Shown here: positions 27,924-37,700 of the stretch, piece by piece
How positions within the stretch are numbered: the first letter of the stretch is position 1
Layout: the number at the start of each line of letters is the position of its first letter
Program-made: the position numbers and the translations under genes
The notes under the pieces: model-generated
Told to the model about the DNA's origin: nothing
Seen by the model: only the letters and a program-made list of their open reading frames with translations
Databases searched by the model: none
Source of the DNA: a virus
Direction: 5' to 3' (one strand)
IMG/VR virus record: IMGVR_UViG_3300027833_000035
Coordinates: 8,896 to 72,895 of that record
DNA length: 64,000 nt

Positions 27924-28740
27924 TAGTATTGGCCTCGGCTTCCGATTGAATATCAGCTTTAATGTCAGCCTCGATTTCCTCTTCAGTTTTTGGTTTTGGA
28001 ATATCAACACTAATAATAAATCCAGGAGGCATCATTGATAAAATGTTATTTGTAATATTAGCTTGTGTCAATACATAAAACAAATCTTTACCAAAGTATG
28101 CTGGCTTATCGTTATACATTTGTTTATTATATTGCATTTTAAATCCAAGCATAGAACAAACTAATAGGAAACCATCCCAACCGTCAGTAAGGAGACGCGC
28201 AACGTTTGGACCACACACTGTTGGTTTATCAACTACTGTAATTTGGTCAACTGCGTCTTTTACTTCAATTTCAATTGCTTTGTTTTCATCTGATAAATTT
28301 TCGTGGAATTTACAGATTACGAATGGAATAAGTTCAGCCATGTTATTACAAACTTCATCAATCAAATCAATATGTTTATCAACAAAATCGTGTAACTGAT
28401 CTTTACTAAATATGTCAAGTAATTGCTGTTCTAAACCATTAAACTCATATCTATATCTAGCTTTAATAGCCATCACAACAAACCGTGATAGGAAAGGGCT
28501 ATCAATAATAAAGTCTGATTTAATATATTCCAACAACAAGTCTTCATCGACTTGAGCAAAAGTTGTTTTAAAGTTAGTGTTTGCTAAATAAATTAGAATA
28601 TGTTTAGCTGACAGCTTTTCTTTAGATGCCAAATAATCTACCCATAAAACAAAATCTTCATCTTCTTCTTTTACCTTATAGATCTCAACTAAATTCTGAG
28701 GTGCTAATGGTAAAGTATATATATTTTTTTCTTCACTCAT
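27904..28740 (-). CDS. Hypothetical protein within the rSAM operon
   Basis: 278-aa helical-looking ORF with an acidic tail, overlapping the downstream rSAM gene. Confidence 0.75.
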   Translation of the reverse strand: MSEEKNIYTLPLAPQNLVEIYKVKEEDEDFVLWVDYLASKEKLSAKHILIYLANTNFKTTFAQVDEDLLLEYIKSDFIIDSPFLSRFVVMAIKARYRYEFNGLEQQLLDIFSKDQLHDFVDKHIDLIDEVCNNMAELIPFVICKFHENLSDENKAIEIEVKDAVDQITVVDKPTVCGPNVARLLTDGWDGFLLVCSMLGFKMQYNKQMYNDKPAYFGKDLFYVLTQANITNNILSMMPPGFIISVDIPKPKTEEEIEADIKADIQSEAEANTNDSETE

Positions 28741-28755
28741 AATAAAATCACTTTC

Positions 28756-29859
28756 TTATATCAATGGGTATTTATGAATTAAATATGGTATTCTGTTTTG
28801 GCGTTTTGAAAAGAACTGAACATCTGTATTGATTAACGCTAAGTCTTCTCTAATATTATCTGTGTTAAAGTTTCTTTCTAAAACCTTTTTAACGATAGGG
28901 AACACATTATTGATTTCAGTATATAGATCCATGTATTCCCAACCATCCGCTGTAGTATCAGCTTTGTTTTGGTGAACCGCAATAAAATCAGCATCGTCTT
29001 TAACTTTATTCCATAACTCTTCTAATAAGTAAAACGCAAGTGTGTAGTTAGATTTATTAGCAGCATTTACATATACATCTTTAAAGAATTGTTTTTTGTC
29101 TGTAGCCCAATCATTCGCGTCAGTTGCATTGGCATTCATATAATCAATGACTGACATAATGTATGCTGAATAGTGACGACGTGAAGTAAAGTGTTCCATA
29201 ACATCTCTTGCCATAACTGGTGAATGGATAGTAAACTTCTCAACGATTAATTCTGAAATCGGTGTACATGGATAAAAATCATTTAAGAAGAACAATAAGT
29301 CATAACTAAAGTTTTTACCATTTTGATATGTAATTACCCAAGGTGTTTCGCCTTCAGCATTTAATAAAGTATTCGTGTGGTTTCTAACATCGTTATAAAC
29401 TGTTGAGTCACTCATTAATGATAATACTAAATCTTGGTTAATCACTGCTTCCATATAATGGGCAGTCATAGAATTAATTGTTGTTGCATCGGCATCAGGG
29501 TAGAAACCAGAGGCTGTTAATAATCCAGCGGTATATTTAGCAAATACTTTAATCATATCCTCTTCGTCTGTAAACATAAGGATACGTTTATCACTGTTTT
29601 GAATATAGTCAGCATTAGCAACGTCTTCCCATTGCTCAAAATCCAATAGTGAAGCAGCATTAGAACGTGCGTTATTTGCCAACAATTCGTATTCAGCAGG
29701 CTGAAGGAATGCATCTTCAATATCAGGATGAACGATTGTAATTCTTCTTGGCTCAGCAGTATGATAAAAAGAATTTAATTCACCAATTACTGTTTCAACG
29801 TTTTGCGTATTTGTAATATACTTTTTATTATTTAAGTAATATAAACTCTGTCCAATCAT
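28756..29859 (-). CDS. Hypothetical protein within the rSAM operon
   Basis: About 367 aa; start MIGQSL overlaps the upstream stop (ATGA). No motif recognised. Confidence 0.75.
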   Translation of the reverse strand: MIGQSLYYLNNKKYITNTQNVETVIGELNSFYHTAEPRRITIVHPDIEDAFLQPAEYELLANNARSNAASLLDFEQWEDVANADYIQNSDKRILMFTDEEDMIKVFAKYTAGLLTASGFYPDADATTINSMTAHYMEAVINQDLVLSLMSDSTVYNDVRNHTNTLLNAEGETPWVITYQNGKNFSYDLLFFLNDFYPCTPISELIVEKFTIHSPVMARDVMEHFTSRRHYSAYIMSVIDYMNANATDANDWATDKKQFFKDVYVNAANKSNYTLAFYLLEELWNKVKDDADFIAVHQNKADTTADGWEYMDLYTEINNVFPIVKKVLERNFNTDNIREDLALINTDVQFFSKRQNRIPYLIHKYPLI

Positions 29860-31031
29860 AATTTTGCTCCTAATTTTTCTATTGCGTCGTCGTTCCAAGT
29901 GAAATCGTATGGATTATATTCAGCAAGAACATCTTTGTTCAATACACAGCCATTAACATTTAATGATTCTTGGGCTTCAAAGATCAGTCTACTTGCGCAG
30001 GCAACTGCGAATTTACAGTCAGCACAGTCTTTTACTTTACTCGACTTATTTATACCTTTTGTTACTAATTCATTTTTACGATCTAATATTTCTTCGAATG
30101 TTAAACCAGTAACATCTAAATTTTTATTACCTAAGAAAAACGCTTGTTCATGTAGCATTACATTTAGGTGTGTGGTTGGACCATTTTCTCCTGGAACAAT
30201 TGTAAGTCCAACAAAGTTAATTGAGTTACAATAAAGATTAGCCATTGACATAACAGTTTCTTGTGCGTTATCTTTATCAATAACTCTACCAAGGAAATCG
30301 TTCCATCCAAACAAATTCTTTCTTTGAACCAATTGTGAGTTTGCCCTAGAAAAAGCAGGGTTCATTTCTACGATTGTTTCATATTCATTTACAGATTTTT
30401 GGATAATCTTATTGTATGTTTCTTTATCAATCTTTTTGCCAACAACGTTAGAAGCCTGAAGTGTCCACGACCAATCCATTTGTTTTGGCGTATTGTTTTT
30501 AAAGAACTCTACCTTTTCCATAACGTTATCAAAGTATTCATCATCATTTAACATCTGCTCTACTCTGCCGATTGGCATAATAAATTCGATAATCATTTCG
30601 CGGCGATACTTATCTTCATCGTCAAGTACAGCAAAGATTTCTTTTACTTTATCCATAGTTGCTAAATCAAATTTAGCAGGTGCCGCGATACGAGCTCCGG
30701 TATGTTCTCTCATAATCTCTTGGACTACTGAGTTATTTAATACTGACTCTGTATTCTTGGCAGTGAAAAAGTCTGTTGGTCCAATAACGAATTCTCTTAG
30801 GTTAAGGCCAGTTCTTTTTACACCATCGGCAAGTTCTTTTGCTCTATCAATAATTTGTTGGTTCATAGCAGGGTCAATGTTTTTATCAACGAAACAACCT
30901 AGGCAGCCGTGATTACATCCAGCCAAAACTTCCATTTGAATTAAAACATCAAACTTAGTAGCATCCGAAGGTGTTAGACTTTCTGGTCCTGAGTACCTCA
31001 TTTGCTTACAATATGATTTTTGCATTGACAT
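29856..31031 (-). CDS. Divergent radical SAM protein, GPTD paralogue group (rSAM-5), adjacent to the putative substrates
   Basis: EVLAGCNHGCLGCF, IGPTDFF; CADCKFAVAC...C. Start MSMQKSY lies 1 nt after the stop of 31033-31413. Confidence 0.85.
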   Translation of the reverse strand: MSMQKSYCKQMRYSGPESLTPSDATKFDVLIQMEVLAGCNHGCLGCFVDKNIDPAMNQQIIDRAKELADGVKRTGLNLREFVIGPTDFFTAKNTESVLNNSVVQEIMREHTGARIAAPAKFDLATMDKVKEIFAVLDDEDKYRREMIIEFIMPIGRVEQMLNDDEYFDNVMEKVEFFKNNTPKQMDWSWTLQASNVVGKKIDKETYNKIIQKSVNEYETIVEMNPAFSRANSQLVQRKNLFGWNDFLGRVIDKDNAQETVMSMANLYCNSINFVGLTIVPGENGPTTHLNVMLHEQAFFLGNKNLDVTGLTFEEILDRKNELVTKGINKSSKVKDCADCKFAVACASRLIFEAQESLNVNGCVLNKDVLAEYNPYDFTWNDDAIEKLGAKL

Positions 31032-31032
31032 G

Positions 31033-31413
31033 TTATCTTCTTCCTCTCGAACTGTGACAACTACTATGGCAGCTGGCATGACAGTAATAAGCATTGATTG
31101 TTCGGTTACTCATTCTGCCTTCTATTAAGTCGACTGTTCTTCTAGTTAAATCTTCTAATGTATCAACAATATCTTGTGCGTAAATTATCTGACCTGAATT
31201 AATGCCACCATCTACATAGTTATTATATACATAATAGTTTGCATTCACAAATTCAAATCTATGATAATGCCATTGGCCTGTGGTATAACTTGTAACACCT
31301 GTACCATTAACATATGCGTTAACATAAATTCCAACATTTCTATCAAACGTTCTTAATTGTTGTCCACCATACGTCATTACATACGAATTAACGTCACCTC
31401 TATCCATAGTCAT
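31033..31413 (-). CDS. Putative rSAM substrate/precursor B (126 aa, C-terminal YYCHASCHSSCHSSRGRR)
   Basis: Paralogue of the upstream gene; TAATG overlap with it; Tyr-rich with a CHxS repeat tail. Confidence 0.8.
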   Translation of the reverse strand: MTMDRGDVNSYVMTYGGQQLRTFDRNVGIYVNAYVNGTGVTSYTTGQWHYHRFEFVNANYYVYNNYVDGGINSGQIIYAQDIVDTLEDLTRRTVDLIEGRMSNRTINAYYCHASCHSSCHSSRGRR

Positions 31414-31793
31414 TAGCGGCGACCTCGCGAGCTATGACACGATGAGTGACAACTTGAATGGCAGTAATATGCGTTAATAGTTCTATTTGATAATCTTCCT
31501 TCAACCAAATCAACAGTCCTCCGTACGACGTTACGAATTGAATCAATAACATTACCTGAACGAATAATTCCGCCGGTGTATATACCACTAGACATATACC
31601 CATTATAATAAGAATATGAAGCGTTTACAAACTCGAACCGTGTATAATGCCATTGGCCTGTGGTATAACTGTATCGTCCACCGTTTGCATATACATAAGC
31701 ATTAATATAAAACCCAACGGTCTTATCAAAGGTTCGTAATTGTCGACCACATTGAGTCTGTAAACTACTATTTAACTGTGCATAACTTGGCAT
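31413..31793 (-). CDS. Putative rSAM substrate/precursor A (126 aa, C-terminal YYCHSSCHSSCHSSRGRR)
   Basis: Starts 1 nt after the tail-fibre stop codon; three tandem CHSS units. Confidence 0.8.
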   Translation of the reverse strand: MPSYAQLNSSLQTQCGRQLRTFDKTVGFYINAYVYANGGRYSYTTGQWHYTRFEFVNASYSYYNGYMSSGIYTGGIIRSGNVIDSIRNVVRRTVDLVEGRLSNRTINAYYCHSSCHSSCHSSRGRR

Positions 31794-31794
31794 A

Positions 31795-34700
31795 CTATAC
31801 TTTAACCTCTACTTCACCATTTTCACTATCACTTATCGCGATACCAATTATTTCATAGCTATTTATACCCGGAGTACCATAGTCAACTCCCTTAGCTTTA
31901 CCATCACCAGCAGGGATTACCCATTGGCCTTTCTTAACATCTTCACTTACTAAACATGGGATCCGACCTTTAAGAGCAATGAACGGATTCATTAATGCTT
32001 TTGTAGAAGTAGATCCAGGCTCAATTCCCATGTCGTTCATTTGAACAGCAGGGTTTGTTGATATGACACCAGCAAGAGGCATGCCCGGTTCCCATTTAGT
32101 AACTTCTGAGTCACCTTCAATGTTAATACCCATAACAGTAGCATTTTCATATACAGCATCTGCAGAATATCTCTCTGCAAGGTCAGCCCATCTTGCTGAC
32201 GTAGCTGTACCAACATATAAACCACCATTATCAATATACGATCTATCAGAACCATTTTGTCTAAACTGACAAATACGGTTTGAGTTACCACCAGAAGTAA
32301 TATAGAAACGGTTTGAGTGGTATTCAATTTTACCAACATCGTTTCCTGGGTTACCTGTCCAAGATTCGTTACCAGATTCTTCAAATCTAATACATGGTGA
32401 ATAACCATCTTGGTGTCGTGTTCTTAACTGCCATTGACCCGCAGCATTCAAATCGCCTGACCATGTTCTGTCACCATACATCCAACGACACATTGTACCG
32501 TTATATGTTGCTCTAAGTTGTAGAGACATAGACGAAGAGTTATTGTTACCAGTGATAGCATAATACTGACCTTGGTAAGAATAAGCGTGTACACCGGTTT
32601 GCTGGTTGTAAATACCCTCACGTTGACCGTCGTTACGGAACCAATTACGAGCATATATTTCATTGGCACGAACATAATCATTGAAGTTAGAACCTGATGA
32701 TGGATTACAATAATAACCAGTATTATCTCTGTCGTAGAAGATTGGCGCACGGAATGAGGATGATGCATAAGAGTTGCCATCACACATTGCTTGGAAGTAC
32801 CAACCTGAAATACTATCAGTAGCATTACCGTGCATCCCAACATAGAAACCTGTTGACCCTGTAGTGTTATTATTATTTGAGTCAAGGTTAAAGAATATGT
32901 CGTGGTATGAGTTAAATCGTAAATCGTCTGATACACCTCCACCACTGTCTCTGGAAGATATAGAGTGATAAGTACTGTCGTTACCATAGAATGTAATAAA
33001 GTCACCACGATCTCTTGCGTTTAACTGATCCCATTCAATCGTACTCATTTGCGAAGTAGATGCTGGGTTTGTATAACGATTTGTATCGTTTGAGTCGTAG
33101 AAGATTGGAGCTCTTAATGAACTACCAGCTTGTAATGAGTTATTTACATAAACGTCGTTAGCACCAAGTGGATCAGAACCGTTATTGATTGACATGACCT
33201 GAGTATTCATTGTATAGTCATCGTAGAAACGCATACCATTATAACTAGCATTTGCACCCATCTTAATACCAGTGTGGAAAGCAATTCTTAGATCCGGGTA
33301 TGGGTAAGTCCAACCACCACCTTCACGATAGATAGCGTAAGCAGTTGATTCATTACTTCCAAAGTACAAACCAAATTGGTCATTTTGTGAAACATCATCT
33401 TTGTGTACAAATCTATTTGCTCTAATGTCGCCAGCAAAATTGTTATCACCGGCTGGATTTAAAAAGTATGCAGAGTTGTTACGATCGTAATAAGTATTGG
33501 CATATATATCACCATATACTTCAGTTGTACCACTTCGAGTTCTTAGTGCCCAGCTACCAGATTGATTAAGGAAACCAATATCATTTGAGTTGTTTGCATA
33601 TACATAGCCTCGAATAGTACTTCCATTATCATCTCTAAATCGTATACCATTAGCAGAGCCACCGCCTGCAACGTTCCAATAGTCATCGTTGTCTGAATAG
33701 AAATGCTGACCTGTTGCAGTGTTATATAAACCACGACCATTTGTATCGTTACGGAACCAACCATCGTTATAAACTTCTGAACGAATATCAAGTGTATGCA
33801 TTACTGATGTTGAAGCAAAGTCACCGTAATAACCTGTACTGTCACGGTCATAATATCGTCCAGAGTAAGTTCCACCTGTTACGAATATGTTACCATCACC
33901 ACGAACAAGAAGATTTGTTGTACCTGATAAGCCGCCATCTCTAAACGCAATGTCTTCACCGCCTGATGTAGCAATAATTAAGTGAGCATCATTAGTATCA
34001 GTAGCTTGGATATAACCACGAACATTGCCAGCATTTGTAATAAACTGAGCTTCACCACCGTCAGCAAACTGAATAACATCTACTTTTGATGTACTTGATG
34101 GATCGACGTAGAAAGATGTATCGTCTGAGTCAACTAATCTACTTGCATAGAAGTATGAACTTGTACCGCCGCCTGGGTTTGCGTTATAGATAGCAATATC
34201 AGAATAAGAAGAATAGGCTGTACCTGAGTTCCATGACTGTTGCCATAGACGCATACCACGACCAGACTTTTTAAACATCAATAAGTTATCTGAACCGCCA
34301 GAAGAGTCTGTGTAAGATCTTAAGTGTAAGTAATCGGCATATGGTGCAGTGTTATTATTGTTCCAAGATGTGAAACCAAACGTTAATCGACCTGCAGTAT
34401 CTTCGTTAGGTTCAATAATACGGTTATCTTTGCGTAATAATGATCCTGCATAACCATTAACATTACCTTGGATTACGTTATCAACTTGTAATGTTAATAG
34501 TCTCGAAGTACCATTACCGTCAATTTTGTATGCAGTATTGTCACTGTCATACCAAATTGGTGAACGTAACTGATTAACACCTAGGAAGAAACCATCTTTA
34601 GTAGACGCTTGTTCTTCACCATTATAATAAAGTTCAACATCGCCATTTTGACGGAAGATTTGTGCCCATTCGTCGTTAGTATCATTAAAGATACCAGCAA

Positions 34701-37700
34701 CGCCAGCTCCACTTGACATGAATACCCAGTCATCGTTAATAGCATAACCTGCATAACCACCTTTATTACCAGTTACACTGATTGAGCCATATGTACCAGT
34801 AGTTGCATCTAATTGATATGTTGCTCCACCAAACTGAACAGCGTTTGCACGAAGAATATTTGTAAGAGATGTTGAGGCTGGATCTAAGTAATAAGCGTTA
34901 TCGTCTGAGTCATAGAACCTGCTTGCATAAGAACCGTTAAGCGCTGTATGCGTACCCGATACAACAACATTACGAGACATTGCCCAGTCACCGTTAGCAT
35001 CAGTCCAGTTACTATCTGTAACAAATCTTAGTCTGTCTGGGTTAGTACCCTCTGCCATTCTAAGCATTTGAGTTCCACCAGCAACCAACTGCATATCGTC
35101 AGCACCAATAAATCTGATATATGTATCAGTATCGCCATTATGTCTAATATATTCGTTAGCACGTATTTCGTTAAATACAGATGTTGAAGCCGGATCAGCA
35201 TAGTAAGCTGAGTTGTTAGAGTCATAGAACCGTTGAGCATATGAATAACGTCCAGCCCAAACATCACCGTCAGACTCGACACGTAAACGATATACACCAT
35301 TACCAGCACCAGTTGTGAATTGTAAATTACCGCCTACGTTAGTTGCGAAGTCATTTGGTGACTCATAAATTTGCCATAGGTTTCCGCCGTTCCATGCTAG
35401 ACCTTCAGATGGTCCTGGATCGTTGAATGTTAATTTGTTTACGTTATTAATATTACCGTTTGTCCAATCCCAGTTACCTCCGACTTTAGATGGACCTTTT
35501 GGTTCAATGTAATAGTTAGTGTCGTTAAGGTCTCTAAACCTACCAGCATCAATAATATTTGCTGAGATGTTATCTGCAGAAATATCACCAGTAACAGTAA
35601 GATCGTTACCGATTGTGGCATCGTTAACAATAGTTAATCCTGCAGCTTTTAAGCTTGATTGAGCATCAGTTCTTTTTAGAATTGGTGGACCAAACTCACG
35701 TGTTGCACCATTTGGAGCATAATTCATTAATGAGATTAATCTAACAAAACGAACGCCTTCACCATCTGAACCATTATATGGTGTGTGAGTTGTTGGTACA
35801 ACGTGTTCACCTGAATATTGAGTCCAGCCTGTGGCGGTATGATTGATAGCAGATGCCGCAAAGTATGAAATACCATCATTAGTAGCAATTGGATTTTTGT
35901 TTTTATCGTATCGTCTAACACCTAAGTAGAATAAACCGCCAGTACCACTAATGCGTCGAACAGCTTGTTCTGCGTAAATTGTTTCGCCAGGTTCTACAGG
36001 AATAAAATCAGAGTCAAAGCTTCTATAACCATTTGATCTTAATGCGTAACTTGATGCGAATGGACCGTCACCGTTTAAAACATATTCACCGGTACTAGTT
36101 GTTGCATTATTTTCAACACCCTGCATTGGTTGAATAACACGTTTATCCCAGTAGTCTGAAGCATCAAACATTTTGAGATCAGCAAGGCCGGCGCCATATG
36201 ATTTAAGTAATCCAAGGTTCTCATTACCACCGTTAAGAGCAAGAGATCCAAATATACCAGCGCCATAAGCTTGTATATCACCATTTTCTGAGAACCAAAA
36301 ACGTTCACCAATATTATTAAACGAAATACCCATCGCAGAACGAGAGTTTCTTGTTTTATGGAATATAGATGGGAAGTTAGCATCAGCAGCTGTATTTTGT
36401 AAAACAATTAAACGTTGTTGAGTAGACTTAACCTCTAATGGATAAGTTGTATTATTAAAGATTGCGCTATCACCAGCTTTAACTGATTTAAGTCTGGATT
36501 GACCAGCAAGATCGGCATAGAATGCAGAGTTATCTAAATCATAGAATATTGGAGAACGCATACTGTTTGGAGCAGAACCATAACCATTTTCAGCACCAAT
36601 TTGATGAATGTTATTAGAATATAATCTTGTGAAGTTATTTCTGTTAGCAACCAATGACCATTCGTTATCTGTTTCGTTATACAGACCCATCTCTGTAGCA
36701 CCACTGGATATAAAGCCCCAGTCATTACTAATCATATAACCTGCATAGCCATCTCTTTCGCCTTCAACCATGATAGTCCCTTTAGGACCTGATGGTGAGT
36801 CGATAGTTAGGGAACTGCCGTCCATTTGGATTTGATTTGTTCGAACAACATTTAAAATAGATGTTGAAGCAGGATCTAAATAATAAGCATTATTGCCTGA
36901 GTCATAATAACGTGGAGCATAAACATCAAGGTTAAAATCAGCAGAGTTATCATCAATGTTTAATCTCTCTGTATTATTGATAAACAATTTATAAATGCCA
37001 GCTGCAGAGAAACCAAAGTATGTATCTGCATCACCGTTATGTCTAATGTAATCGTCAATGTCAATTCTATTCATTACTGATGTACCAGCAAAGTCACCAT
37101 AGTATGCGTTATTATTATAATCGTAATAAGTAGGGAAGTATGCCATGTCATTGGCATCAGCAGCTGATATGCCGCCATTGAAATTCACTCTCTTATTGAA
37201 TAAGAATAAAGCTCTATCAGTATCAAATTGTGCTGAACCAGCAACCTTAGATCCAATATCTAAATAACCAGTTGGTGTTGTGAACCTATGAGCATTACTT
37301 GTATTTGGTTCAAACTTAAAAGTTCCACCAGCATCAGAGAATATTGGGGATCGCATATCTGTAGCAGCTTCTGCATATGTTGTATATACATCAAGCTGCG
37401 CGGTTCCGCCGGCAGTAAATATAATTTGGTCAGCGCCAAATCCAATTTTAGTATTAGTATCACCGTCGTGTATAATTTCACCGACGAGACTTATGTTATT
37501 CATTCGCGATGTACTAGCAAAGTCACCGTAATATAAAACATCATTTGCATCTAGGTACTGAGCGAATGAAGCATTACCTGTTGACGTAAGTGTTTTATTA
37601 TTTCTAACTCTAAGATTGTTGGCATCGTTCATGTAGAAACCGCCGCCTTGACCAAAGCCAAGTTCATCCATTCTTAGGAATGTAGCAGTTCCATTACCAA

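Noticed and set aside
18555-31031. rSAM cluster as a DNA-modification or cofactor pathway (QueE, MoaA, NrdG, PqqE)
   Set aside because: No partner genes (queC/queD/folE/tgt, moaC, nrdD, pqq) are in the window, and the linkage is to late structural genes and Cys-rich small proteins. Not formally excluded without searches.
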